DNA of 64,000 nucleotides from Patescibacteria group bacterium (GTDB lineage Bacteria; Patescibacteriota; JABMPQ01; JAHIRA01), in contig JAHISJ010000002.1 of the NCBI GenBank assembly GCA_018818205.1, forward strand, positions 3,895 through 67,894. Direction: 5' to 3'. A program made the position numbers and the translations under genes. Each line of letters starts with the position of its first letter. Within the stretch, counting starts at the first letter, position 1. Below are positions 29,086 through 38,138 of this stretch, one piece after another. Under the pieces are notes generated by a model. It saw only the letters and a program-made list of their open reading frames with translations. It searched no databases and was not told the DNA's origin.

Positions 29086-29112
29086 AAAAACCGCTCATAG
29101 CGGCTTTTTTTT
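29086..29112 (+). terminator. rho-independent terminator right after the 16S gene
   Basis: AAAAACCGCT-CAT-AGCGGCTTTTTTTT. Shows that 16S is transcribed on its own. Confidence 0.7.
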
Positions 29113-29132
29113 ATGCACATATTTTGCTATAA

Positions 29133-29468
29133 TTGAGTAAAATAATAGCAAAAACTATGCTTACACAAAAGAAAAGAAAATCCAAAAAAGGAGCACATAT
29201 CAAACTCAAGCAGTATGAAGAAAAAATTGGTTATGAGGCAAAAGAAGTTTTTGTCGGCAATAGAACCATTTTTTCGGTCACCGGATTCGTGGTTGGTGGT
29301 ATTTTAATTGGACGATCACTGTGGGAGTATGGCAATGATTATATTGGTCTCCCGTTAACAATTGTCACAGGTGTTCTTCTTATTTTAGTGAGTGGTGTTG
29401 CGCTTGGTCATTTTCATAGTGATTCCTCTTCTGACATCCTTGGGATTGAGAAGAAAAGCAAAAAGTAG
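29133..29468 (+). CDS. small membrane protein (hypothetical)
   Basis: Basic N-terminus and two TM helices (FSVTGFVVGGILIG..., LPLTIVTGVLLILVSGVALG). The start may be 29157. Confidence 0.45.
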   Translation: MSKIIAKTMLTQKKRKSKKGAHIKLKQYEEKIGYEAKEVFVGNRTIFSVTGFVVGGILIGRSLWEYGNDYIGLPLTIVTGVLLILVSGVALGHFHSDSSSDILGIEKKSKK

Positions 29469-29554
29469 AGGCTCTTGTCAGTGTATATCCTGTGTGATAC
29501 CATGATTTCACAAAGACTTATTTGTCTGTAGAATTGGAATTTGCATATAAATAA

Positions 29555-29631
29555 TGGGCGATTAGCTCAGTTGGTTAGAGCGCGTCACTGATAATGACGA
29601 GGTCCCAGGTTCAAATCCTGGATCGCCCACC
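29555..29631 (+). tRNA. tRNA-Ile (anticodon GAT), CCA encoded
   Basis: GGGCGATTAGCTCAGTTGGTTAGAGCGCGTCACTGATAATGACGAGGTCCCAGGTTCAAATCCTGGATCGCCCACCA. Cloverleaf with anticodon loop CTGATAA; this is the canonical rRNA-spacer tRNA. Confidence 0.95.
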
Positions 29632-29742
29632 ATTCGACAGGCTCATGGTGTTTCACCACGTTTAGGACATTTGAAAATCGCAGTACCATTTTTACCAGTA
29701 CGATTGATTTACTGATGAATCAACCTCACTGGCAAACGTGTT

Positions 29743-30027
29743 ATGTTTTTAAAAAAACTAACTACAAAAGACATGGGGCTGTTTGGGAGAATAGTTGTTG
29801 GACTTCTGGGTATAGCCTTTGGGGTGTTTTTAGCGTGGAAGCATGAATGGTTCATGAACACGTTTGGCAGGATTGCTACCATTGAGCGTGTTTTTGGCTC
29901 CTTTGGAGGGAATAGGGTCTTTTATATTCTGCTTGGTGTTCTTATTGCCCTTGGCTCTGTTCTTTACATGACAGGGGCCTTGCAAGGAATGCTTTCAGGT
30001 TTTTTTGGGTCGATATTTGGGAGATAA
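29743..30027 (+). CDS. small membrane protein (hypothetical)
   Basis: 94 aa with two or three TM helices, Gly-rich. Confidence 0.4.
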   Translation: MFLKKLTTKDMGLFGRIVVGLLGIAFGVFLAWKHEWFMNTFGRIATIERVFGSFGGNRVFYILLGVLIALGSVLYMTGALQGMLSGFFGSIFGR

Positions 30028-30049
30028 AATTAAAAGAGAATACGATTTT

Positions 30050-30070
30050 GACGCGTAGGCGTCCTTTTTT
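30050..30070 (+). terminator. rho-independent terminator
   Basis: GACGCGTAGGCGTC palindromic hairpin followed by CTTTTTTG. Confidence 0.65.
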
Positions 30071-30179
30071 GTACAGTTTATTTTACAGACTTGCTTTGGT
30101 GTTCGAGCTTTTTTTATTGCTGAACCTAAGGGGAATTGCTACCATAACGATACACGAAGCCTTATTGAATACGTAGAAA

Positions 30180-31127
30180 ATGGAAAATCAAAAAAAGAAT
30201 ACAGATATTTCTGTTGTTGTCCCGGTGTACAGCTGTGCACGCTGTCTTCCTGAATTATGTGAGAGACTGACAAAAACCCTAAAAACTATTTCTCAGAATT
30301 TTGAGATTCTGCTTATTAATGATGCCAGCCCGGACGACTCCTGGGCAGTTATCGCTCAACTTGCGAGGGATGATCAAAGAATACGAGGCATTAATTTATC
30401 ACGAAATTTTGGGCAGCATTCTGCAATAACCGCTGGGCTCGATCATGTGTGTGGAGAATGGACAGTTGTAATGGATTGTGACTTGCAGGATCAGCCGGAG
30501 GAGATTTTAAAACTCTACAACAAAGCACAAGAAGGATATGACGTAGTTCTTGGGAGGAGGCATGAAAGAAAAGATACGCAGTTCAAAAAAGCAAGCTCTC
30601 GTGCGTTTTATAAAACGTTTAACTATTTTTCAGGGACCAAAACAACTGCAGAGGTAGCCAATTTCTGTATCTGTTCAAAAAATGTTGTTCAAAACATACG
30701 AAAGTTTAAAGAACAAAATCGATTTTTCCCACATTTCCTTGCGTGGATGGGATTTGATACAGCGTATGTTAACGTAGAACATGCAAAGAGAGCTCATGAT
30801 AAATCGTCTTATACCTTAAAAAAACTCTTTACTCTTGGATTCAATAATCTTGTTGCCTATTCAAACAAGCCACTGAGATTTTCTATTATCTTTGGATTTA
30901 TCGTGGCGCTCGTGTCGCTTATTTTTGCGGTATACCTGGTCGTAAAGTATATTTTCTTGGGTATTTCGGTATCTGGCTGGACGAGTGTTATGGTATCTAT
31001 TTGGTTTACCTCAGGACTTATTATAGCGAGTATTGGCATGGTAGGCTTGTATGTAGGACGAATATTTGATGAGACAAAAAGAAGACCACTCTACATAGTT
31101 AAAGAAGTAACAACAAAACAGGAATGA
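30180..31127 (+). CDS. GT2 polyprenyl-phosphate sugar transferase (GtrB/ArnC/DPM1-like) with two C-terminal TM helices
   Basis: VVVPVYSCARCLPEL...INDASPDDS...VMDCDLQDQPEE GT-A motifs (DxD = DCD) and a C-terminal hairpin of TM helices, as in bactoprenol glycosyltransferases. Confidence 0.8.
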   Translation: MENQKKNTDISVVVPVYSCARCLPELCERLTKTLKTISQNFEILLINDASPDDSWAVIAQLARDDQRIRGINLSRNFGQHSAITAGLDHVCGEWTVVMDCDLQDQPEEILKLYNKAQEGYDVVLGRRHERKDTQFKKASSRAFYKTFNYFSGTKTTAEVANFCICSKNVVQNIRKFKEQNRFFPHFLAWMGFDTAYVNVEHAKRAHDKSSYTLKKLFTLGFNNLVAYSNKPLRFSIIFGFIVALVSLIFAVYLVVKYIFLGISVSGWTSVMVSIWFTSGLIIASIGMVGLYVGRIFDETKRRPLYIVKEVTTKQE

Positions 31128-31834
31128 CGCTTAATCTAATGAAGTTGGATTGGGACTCGGAATTCTTTGGACATACTATTGCTGAATTGTCAGGTTCAGT
31201 GTCTCGTAGTGGACTGGAGGCCGTTTTAAATGAAGCAAAAAAGAGTTCAATTGAGCTTATCCAGGCATGTGTTGACTTATCTGATGTTGACCAAATCAAT
31301 ATGCTAGAGGAAAACGGGTTTCTTTTTTGGGAGACAAAAGTGACATATGAAAAAAAACTATCATTAGAAAAAAAAGAAAAACCCCAGTATATTGAAGCGC
31401 AAGAAAATAACGTTCCTGCATTGCAAAACATAGCCAGTCAGGTTTTTGTTGATAGCAAATACTATGCAGTAGGCTTTGACAAGAAAAAAGTGGATACGCT
31501 CTACGAGGTGTGGGTAGAAAAAGCAGTAAAAGGAACCTTTGATGATTTTTGTCTTATACATCAAGACGAAGATGACATTTTAGGGTTTATTACTGCAAAA
31601 ATACTAGATAAAAAAACTGCTCGTATTGGTTTAATAGGAGTTGACCCACGGCATCAAAGCAAAGGAACAGGTACACAGCTCCTTTTATCTCTTGATGCTA
31701 AGCTTGCCGAAGAAGGAATTGAAAAAATTCAGGTTTCTACGCAAGGGAAGAATGTAGTAGCAAACAACTTTTACATCAAGAATAGTTTTTATCTCAAAGA
31801 ATCTCATGTATGGCTTTATAAGAAAATAATCTAA
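31124..31834 (+). CDS. wecD: dTDP-fucosamine (4-amino-4,6-dideoxy-D-galactose) N-acetyltransferase, WecD-like
   Basis: From memory of enterobacterial WecD it matches along its length: LDWDSEFFG vs LTWENAFFG, YEVWVEKAVKGTFDDFCLI vs YAQWIENAVRGTFDHQCLI, ARIGLIGV, C-terminal HVWLYK vs AYWLYR. GNAT Q/R-x-x-G-x-G/A = HQSKGTG. Confidence 0.75.
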   Translation: MTLNLMKLDWDSEFFGHTIAELSGSVSRSGLEAVLNEAKKSSIELIQACVDLSDVDQINMLEENGFLFWETKVTYEKKLSLEKKEKPQYIEAQENNVPALQNIASQVFVDSKYYAVGFDKKKVDTLYEVWVEKAVKGTFDDFCLIHQDEDDILGFITAKILDKKTARIGLIGVDPRHQSKGTGTQLLLSLDAKLAEEGIEKIQVSTQGKNVVANNFYIKNSFYLKESHVWLYKKII

Positions 31835-31839
31835 ACAAA

Positions 31840-32208
31840 ATGGCCTTTATATATATTGCAGCGACGTCGCTGATGACAGTAGGGTGTCAGTTACTGCTTA
31901 AGTGGAGAGCTACAAAAGTTAATCTTGAACTTGCCGGTAGCGATGAGAAACTAGCTTTTCTTATTAAAATGATCAAGGATCCTTTGGTAATTTTGGCGTT
32001 TCTTTTGGCACTGGGCGCTTCTGTTTTTTGGATGCTTGCACTTTCACAAAGAATCGAGCTGAGCACAGCGTATTCTTTGACGAGCATGAGTTTCATTATT
32101 ATCTTTATTTCTTCGGTTTTCCTTTTTCATGAGTCAATTAGCATATTAAAAATTATTGGTCTTACCTCAATTATTTTTGGCATTGTAGTACTTAGTAGAG
32201 GGTTATGA
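31840..32208 (+). CDS. small four-TM membrane protein, candidate lipid-linked sugar flippase (GtrA / ArnE-ArnF / EamA-like)
   Basis: 122 aa, four TM helices. GCQLLLKWRA near the N-terminus and a C-terminal IIGLTSIIFGIVVLS EamA-like segment. It sits in the position GtrA occupies in gtrABC cassettes. Confidence 0.55.
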   Translation: MAFIYIAATSLMTVGCQLLLKWRATKVNLELAGSDEKLAFLIKMIKDPLVILAFLLALGASVFWMLALSQRIELSTAYSLTSMSFIIIFISSVFLFHESISILKIIGLTSIIFGIVVLSRGL

Positions 32209-33344
32209 CAATGATTCCATTTAACAGGCCACCGTACGTTGGTAAAGAGATAGAGTATATAATACAGGCAGTAGAAGCAAGAAATTTGAGTGGTGATGGC
32301 AGTTTTACTAAAAAATGCCAGGAAGCCATGCAGGATATGTTCGCGTGTAAGAATATTTTTTTAACAACATCTTGCTCAAGTGCGCTTGATATGGCAGCAA
32401 TACTGCTTGAAATAAAAGAGGGTGATGAGGTCATCATGCCATCGTACACGTTTCCGTCTACTGCGAATGCGTTTGCACTGCGTGGAGCACGTATTATTTT
32501 TGTTGATATTAGGTCTGACACTCAAAATATCGATGAAGCCCTGGTAGAGTCAGCAATTACAGAAAAAACAAAGGCTATTGTGGTCGTACATTATGCAGGT
32601 GTGGCATGTGACATGGATGTAATTAACGCTATTGCACAGGAACGTGGTCTTTATGTTGTTGAGGATGCCGCTCAAGGAGTTATGTCGACATACAAGGGGA
32701 GATATCTTGGAACACTTAGTGATATAGGGTGCTACAGTTTTCATGAAACAAAAAACTATACGTGCGGCGAAGGCGGCGCTATAGTTGTTAATAATGAGAA
32801 CTTTCTAGAACGTGCTGAAATTATCAGAGAGAAAGGGACAAATCGAGCAAAGTTCTTTAGAGGAGAGATCGATAAATATTCATGGGTTGATGTGGGCTCT
32901 TCGTATCTTCCCAGTGAACTCAATGCAGCCTATCTCTGGGCACAAATTGAGAAAATGAGGGAAATAAATGAAAACAGAATTGCACTATGGAACGTGTATA
33001 ATGAGCATTTACAGGAACTTGAAGAAAATGGAGACGCAACACTTCCGATAGTACCGGAAAATTGTGAGCACAATGGTCACATGTACTACATTAAAACTAA
33101 CGATTTAGATACGCGTACACAGTTAATACAGCACCTAAAGGCAAAGAAGATCTTAAGTGTTTTCCATTATGTGCCATTGCATTCCTCTGTAGCTGGCAAA
33201 AAGCTTGGTACGTTTCATGGTGACGATACGATTACCACAGATACCAGTGAACGACTACTGAGACTTCCCTTTTATTATGAGATGGACAATGCGCATATAC
33301 GTATAGTAATTAATACTGTCTATGATTTTTTCAAAAACAATTGA
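32205..33344 (+). CDS. wecE: dTDP-4-keto-6-deoxy-D-glucose 4-aminotransferase (DegT/DnrJ/EryC1 family), WecE-like
   Basis: Matches enterobacterial WecE as recalled along the full length (MIPFN.PP.VG.E..Y, GDEVIMPSYTF.STANAF.LRGA.I.FVD.R.DT.NIDE, HYAGVAC.MD, SFHETKNYT.GEGGA with PLP-Lys, AEIIREKGTNR, SERLLRLP). Confidence 0.85.
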   Translation: MTMIPFNRPPYVGKEIEYIIQAVEARNLSGDGSFTKKCQEAMQDMFACKNIFLTTSCSSALDMAAILLEIKEGDEVIMPSYTFPSTANAFALRGARIIFVDIRSDTQNIDEALVESAITEKTKAIVVVHYAGVACDMDVINAIAQERGLYVVEDAAQGVMSTYKGRYLGTLSDIGCYSFHETKNYTCGEGGAIVVNNENFLERAEIIREKGTNRAKFFRGEIDKYSWVDVGSSYLPSELNAAYLWAQIEKMREINENRIALWNVYNEHLQELEENGDATLPIVPENCEHNGHMYYIKTNDLDTRTQLIQHLKAKKILSVFHYVPLHSSVAGKKLGTFHGDDTITTDTSERLLRLPFYYEMDNAHIRIVINTVYDFFKNN

Positions 33345-34860
33345 AGAGGTAAAAAAAATCATTTCTGCGTTAAGCTTGAGCAAAAAAGACATACCGCTTC
33401 TTGTGGTCGGATTTATGGCTTCTTTTCTTTCGCGTGGGGTGCTTTTGTTTTCCTTAGGATACAATACAGACGATTTTTCCATGATGCTTGGCCCCACACG
33501 TAACGGGTATCTACTTGTTTCATACGGAAGATGGGGGATAGCGATCGTTCATAAAGGGTTAGCGATGCTTGGCGTTGAAGCAAACTACGGAACACCCTTT
33601 TTAGTCTTCTTTTCATTTATTGCACTTGCCTACTGTGGCGTGCTCCTCTGTAAGATGTGGGGCATACAAGATAAGCTTGTGCTCTCAAGTGTTGTAATAC
33701 TTCTATTTATTGTACATCCGTATCAAAGTGGTATTTACACGTATTCCTTAGCAATAGTTACGGTTGGACTTGCACTTCTTTTCACATTTGTCCCACTCTA
33801 TGTTCTTACGATCAGGAAGTCAAAAATAATCATTGGGCTTTCTGCCATTCTTTTTTGTTTTGCGTTAAGTATCTATCAAATTACTATAAATTATGCGTTG
33901 GTAGTAGTGTTGGTACTTGTATTGTTGACTTTTTTACGCACTGTTAAGAAAGGACAAAAGACTATTAGTGCATTAAAATACGCATTTAAAAAGTCGTCAG
34001 TACATTTTTTTGTTTTGATTTTAGGAACAGCTTTGTATGGCTGTATTTCATGGATTATCATAAAAGTCCTCGCTATTTTACCATATAGTAGAAGTCAGAT
34101 TCTTTCATTTTCTCCTGAGGAGCTTTTTAAGAGAGCTACACAAATTGCTAATCTCTTTTACGAAATTTTGTTTGTTCATGAGGCTATTAATCCGGGCACT
34201 CTTAAGTACATTGCATTGTTCGTTTTAATGGGGAGTATAGTTGCAGTAGCGGTAAATAGTTGCAGAGGAAAAGTGACATCTTTTGTCGTATATTTAGCAC
34301 TCTTGGTGTCAGTTTTTCTTTCTGTAATTGGTATTTCATTAGCGCTCAAGATTTGGTTTTTTGAGCCACGTCTTTATGCGGCAATCGGCCTTGCTTGGGC
34401 CGCAGTAGTGGTAAGTGGCTATCTATCATTTAGAAGTGTATTTGCAAGGAAAGTATTCATTGCATTATCGGTAGTAGTCATTATTGGTTTTATAAGTATT
34501 GATAATCATATCTTTATTGACAGAATACGAATGAATTCGTTTGATCGAGCTCTTTCTAATAGAATAGTAGCAGCACTTGAACAGAATCCAAACAGTGATA
34601 AGGTAGAACGAATAGTTATCTTGGGAGAGTATGAACATCAGCAACCTGTACAGTCAAGTTTTGCATTAGACTCTTTTTCAAAGGGGTATGCCAAAGTTCA
34701 CTTGCTTAACGAATTTACCGGATATAGCTTTTTAAAGCCGAATGAAGCTGACAGTGAAAAAGCAAACCAGGCGTGTTTGAAGGTATCCAAATGGCCAAAT
34801 CCAGAATCAACTATGATTTTTGATGACCTGGGGGTTGTATGTTTGTCTGAAGTAGAATAA
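33322..34860 (+). CDS. polytopic membrane protein, candidate GT-C glycosyltransferase (GtrC/ArnT-role) with C-terminal extracytoplasmic domain
   Basis: 512 aa, about 11-12 TM helices. Acidic YNTDDF motif in the first extracytoplasmic loop as in GT-C enzymes. A roughly 120-aa soluble C-terminal domain. Overlaps the wecE stop. Confidence 0.5.
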   Translation: MIFSKTIEEVKKIISALSLSKKDIPLLVVGFMASFLSRGVLLFSLGYNTDDFSMMLGPTRNGYLLVSYGRWGIAIVHKGLAMLGVEANYGTPFLVFFSFIALAYCGVLLCKMWGIQDKLVLSSVVILLFIVHPYQSGIYTYSLAIVTVGLALLFTFVPLYVLTIRKSKIIIGLSAILFCFALSIYQITINYALVVVLVLVLLTFLRTVKKGQKTISALKYAFKKSSVHFFVLILGTALYGCISWIIIKVLAILPYSRSQILSFSPEELFKRATQIANLFYEILFVHEAINPGTLKYIALFVLMGSIVAVAVNSCRGKVTSFVVYLALLVSVFLSVIGISLALKIWFFEPRLYAAIGLAWAAVVVSGYLSFRSVFARKVFIALSVVVIIGFISIDNHIFIDRIRMNSFDRALSNRIVAALEQNPNSDKVERIVILGEYEHQQPVQSSFALDSFSKGYAKVHLLNEFTGYSFLKPNEADSEKANQACLKVSKWPNPESTMIFDDLGVVCLSEVE

Positions 34861-34883
34861 AAGTGACAGCTAATAATTAACGT

Positions 34884-35522
34884 ATGCAAGACGAGAGTGG
34901 AGTAAGAAAAATTTTAAATGATGGAGTCTTTTATGATTTTCTGCAGAATATTTTAGGTGCTGGAAAGGCACGAGTATGGCTTGCTGAAAACTATTGGAAT
35001 GTAAAAAAAGGAGACTCTATTATCGATATAGGGTGTGGTACAGGAGAAGTGTTGGACTATCTTGACTTTGATATACAATACACTGGGTTCGACGTTAGTA
35101 AAAAATATATTGATGTAGCTCGAAAGAAATATGGTAACCGTGGAAAGTTCAGTATTGGCACTGCTGAAGAATTTCTAAGAAATCCAAATACATTACCTGA
35201 GGCTGACTTGGTGCTTTGTAATGGCCTGCTTCACCATCTTGAAGATAAAGAAGTAATGCAAGTGCTTGAGCTTTCAAAGGAACTATTGGCAGAAAAAGGA
35301 CGCTTAGTGTGTGTAGAGCCTGTATTTCTAAAAAAACAAACGAAGGCGTCCAAGTGGCTTATGAGTAAGGATAGGGGGCAGAATGTTCGTTCTTTTGATG
35401 AGTGGAATAAAATTGTTGGGAAAATCTTTAATACTTTCTCTCTTGATGTTACTACTGGTCTCATTAGGGCTCCCTATGTTCATGTTATAATTACGTGCAA
35501 TAATGTGCCTGATACTGCATAG
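34884..35522 (+). CDS. class I SAM-dependent methyltransferase
   Basis: Motif I IIDIGCGTGEV, motif II DLVLCNGLLHHL, motif III GRLVCVEP. Confidence 0.75.
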   Translation: MQDESGVRKILNDGVFYDFLQNILGAGKARVWLAENYWNVKKGDSIIDIGCGTGEVLDYLDFDIQYTGFDVSKKYIDVARKKYGNRGKFSIGTAEEFLRNPNTLPEADLVLCNGLLHHLEDKEVMQVLELSKELLAEKGRLVCVEPVFLKKQTKASKWLMSKDRGQNVRSFDEWNKIVGKIFNTFSLDVTTGLIRAPYVHVIITCNNVPDTA

Positions 35523-35579
35523 TAGAAACTCTTGTTAATTAGCGTCTATGTGGTATCCTACTTGTGTATTTGAGTACAT

Positions 35580-35655
35580 GGGCCCGTAGCTCAGTTGGTA
35601 GAGCACTTGTTTTGCATACAAGGGGTCAGCGGTTCGAATCCGCTCGGGTCCACCA
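35580..35655 (+). tRNA. tRNA-Ala (anticodon TGC), CCA encoded
   Basis: GGGCCCGTAGCTCAGTTGGTAGAGCACTTGTTTTGCATACAAGGGGTCAGCGGTTCGAATCCGCTCGGGTCCACCA. G3:U70 identity pair, anticodon loop TTTGCAT; this is the canonical rRNA-spacer tRNA. Confidence 0.95.
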
Positions 35656-35787
35656 GAAATACATAGCAGTATTTCCTTACGAACAATTGAATAGTAGTAT
35701 TTGAGGTTCCTTTAAGAAGAGGAATTTTTTAGTCGAAAAAAGAGTATTATTATGGTATACTTTTGTCATATTAGTAGATAAAAAAAG

Positions 35788-36891
35788 ATGAAAAATAAAA
35801 ATATACTTATTGTTGCGCTTGTCATTGTTTTTGGACTTATCGTTATTTTAGGACTAAGTTTTGCCTTGTACTCGTCTTTTTATAACAATAAAGCTGACGT
35901 AGCCAAAGAAGATCCTTCTCTTTCTGAAGAACTGATTATTGCAAATTGGGAAGACTACTTTGCCGAAGGAATTATTGAGGATTTTGAAGAAGAATATGGC
36001 GTGAAGGTAGAGCTTGAGACCTACGATAACGAAGAAGACATTTTTTCAGAAGTGCAATCCGATTTATCAAAGTATGACCTCGTTGTTGTAACGGATGTCT
36101 TAGCAGAAGAAATGCAGAGTCTTAAGCTCCTATCGCAGTTGAATTTTACCTATATTCCTAATTATGAAAACATAGATGAGGCTTTTAGCCTTCCGGATTA
36201 CGCTACTCAAGGCGGCTACTTGGTTCCCTATCTTTGGGGTACGACAGGAATAGTGGCGAATACCGAATTTGTCGATGTGAGTAACAGTGGCTGGGAAATG
36301 ATGTGGAATCATGAATATTCCGGAAGGGTGAGCATGCTCAATGACAAGCGTGAAGTGATTGGAGCGGCACTAAAGCTTCAAGGGGATTCATTGAATTCAC
36401 AAGATCCGGATGAGCTTGCACGTGCTGAACAGAAACTGCTTGAGCAAAAAAATCTTGATGTAACCTACCTAGGACCACTAGAAGCTACAGAAAAGATTGC
36501 TGCAGGTGAACTTTGGCTTAGCCAAGTGTATAGTGGCGACGCACTTGACATTATTGATAGTAATCCCGATTTAAATCTTGAATATATTATTCCTGTCGAA
36601 GGAACGGCAATATGGGTAGATAATATGGTAATTCCTCGGGACGCAAAACACAAATATACCGCTGAAACGTTTATAAATTATCTGCTTAGGCCGGAAGTCT
36701 CTGCACGCAATGCAAGTGAACTGTGGTACGCAAATCCAAATACCAAAGCTGAACCACTTATGGACGCCGCAGTTCTTGAGGATACAAACGTGTATCCTCC
36801 ACTTGAAGCATTGGAAAAATCGGAGTACATTCAAAGTGTTGGTGACGCAACGTCGCTTTACAATAAGATTTGGTCATTGCTGCAACAATAA
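35788..36891 (+). CDS. PotD/PotF-family periplasmic polyamine-binding protein homolog (lipid-anchored or TM-anchored)
   Basis: N-terminal TM anchor, then ELIIANWEDYFAEGIIEDFEEEYGVKVELETYDNEEDIFSEV...KYDLVV, matching the PotD N-lobe. No ABC permease or ATPase genes adjacent. Confidence 0.7.
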   Translation: MKNKNILIVALVIVFGLIVILGLSFALYSSFYNNKADVAKEDPSLSEELIIANWEDYFAEGIIEDFEEEYGVKVELETYDNEEDIFSEVQSDLSKYDLVVVTDVLAEEMQSLKLLSQLNFTYIPNYENIDEAFSLPDYATQGGYLVPYLWGTTGIVANTEFVDVSNSGWEMMWNHEYSGRVSMLNDKREVIGAALKLQGDSLNSQDPDELARAEQKLLEQKNLDVTYLGPLEATEKIAAGELWLSQVYSGDALDIIDSNPDLNLEYIIPVEGTAIWVDNMVIPRDAKHKYTAETFINYLLRPEVSARNASELWYANPNTKAEPLMDAAVLEDTNVYPPLEALEKSEYIQSVGDATSLYNKIWSLLQQ

Positions 36892-38138
36892 TGGCTTCAA
36901 AAAATAAAAAAAGAACGCGAATTAGTTTTCGTATCAAATTGAGCCTGGTTTTGTTTATTGTAGGTATACTTCCCCTTATAGTCTTAAGCGTTGTGTATAT
37001 CCGACAAATGCAAAGTGCACTTCTTGAAACAACTAAAAACAGTTTGGAAGATATTGCAAAAACAAAAGGGGCAGAAATTGAACTGTATATTTCTAATAAT
37101 TTACTGGATTTACAGATAGTAGCAAAAAATCCCGTACTGATGTCTTCAGAAAGCTCGCCTGAGGAAATTGAGTCAGAGCTTAAGAAAATCACTGAAATAT
37201 ATTCCACGTTTGATGATCTAAGTGTCGTTAATTTAGATGGTCATGTCATTGCATCAGTTGATCATCGATACCGAGGTGAATGGAGCACTAAACAATGGTT
37301 TATTGATGCACGCGATGGTAACGTATCAATGAGCAATGTTCATACTATTCCAGATCCGCTGAGGACAGTACTTGTGTTTACGGCGCCGGTTTTCAATGAA
37401 CGCAATGAAATACAGTCGGTTGTTGCGTTGCAAATATCTATGGAGGAAGTTTGGAACAGACTCAAAGGTACTCTTACGAGAGAAGGGAGCTATGCAATTC
37501 TTGTTGATGAAAATGGACGAATTCTCTATCACCCCAATCGTGAAGCGCTGTTTAGCGATATATCCCCGGAAATTAAAGGAGCCTCTCAAGAAAATTTTGG
37601 CTTTTTTACATTTGAGCAAGAGGGAGACGAATGGTTTAGTGGGTATCAGACTGTTGGACATGGTACAGCTTTTGGACATGGTCCATGGAAGATTTATATT
37701 GTTGAAAAAAGAGAGGTGGTTTTTAAACTCTTTGAAGAGTTGCAAAATCAAACGATTCTTTTTTTTGTGATTACGAGTATGCTTATGGTGTTTATTGGAC
37801 TTGTGCTGAGTATTTACATAACACGTCCAATTGAAAAATTAAAAAAAGCAACCAAGAAGTATGCTGAAGGTGAGTTTGATTACACAGTAGATATTTATAC
37901 GCGTGATGAGATGCATGATTTGGGTAAGAGTTTTAACGATATGGCGCTACAAATAAAAAAATCCAAAGATTTTCTTGAAAAGGAGGTAGATAGACGAACG
38001 AGTGAGCTACGTGAGAAAAACGCGGAGCTTATGAAGACTAATAAACTCATGGTTGGTCGTGAGCTAAAAATGGTTGAACTTAAAAAAATGGTTCAAGAAT
38101 GTGAAAGAAAAAAGGGCAGCCAAAAAAAACAAAAATAA
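36870..38138 (+). CDS. membrane sensor-like protein: TM - Cache/PDC-like periplasmic domain - TM - HAMP - short coiled coil, no output domain
   Basis: TM1 (LSLVLFIVGILPLIVLSVVYI), roughly 250-aa extracytoplasmic domain, TM2 (ILFFVITSMLMVFIGLVLSIYI), HAMP (TRPIEKLKKATKKYAEGEFDYTVDIYTRDEMHDLGKSFNDMALQI), then about 60 aa of coiled coil. Overlaps the upstream SBP gene by 22 nt. Confidence 0.6.
   Translation: MVIAATIMASKNKKRTRISFRIKLSLVLFIVGILPLIVLSVVYIRQMQSALLETTKNSLEDIAKTKGAEIELYISNNLLDLQIVAKNPVLMSSESSPEEIESELKKITEIYSTFDDLSVVNLDGHVIASVDHRYRGEWSTKQWFIDARDGNVSMSNVHTIPDPLRTVLVFTAPVFNERNEIQSVVALQISMEEVWNRLKGTLTREGSYAILVDENGRILYHPNREALFSDISPEIKGASQENFGFFTFEQEGDEWFSGYQTVGHGTAFGHGPWKIYIVEKREVVFKLFEELQNQTILFFVITSMLMVFIGLVLSIYITRPIEKLKKATKKYAEGEFDYTVDIYTRDEMHDLGKSFNDMALQIKKSKDFLEKEVDRRTSELREKNAELMKTNKLMVGRELKMVELKKMVQECERKKGSQKKQK

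Noticed and set aside
35656-35787. 23S rRNA expected after tRNA-Ala
   Set aside because: No 23S-like sequence follows. A protein gene (PotD-like) starts 130 nt downstream, so the 23S must lie elsewhere.
35788-36891. PotD homolog as part of a polyamine ABC importer
   Set aside because: No permease or ATPase genes are adjacent, and the gene overlaps a Cache-HAMP membrane protein. A sensing role is more consistent, though a transporter elsewhere cannot be excluded.
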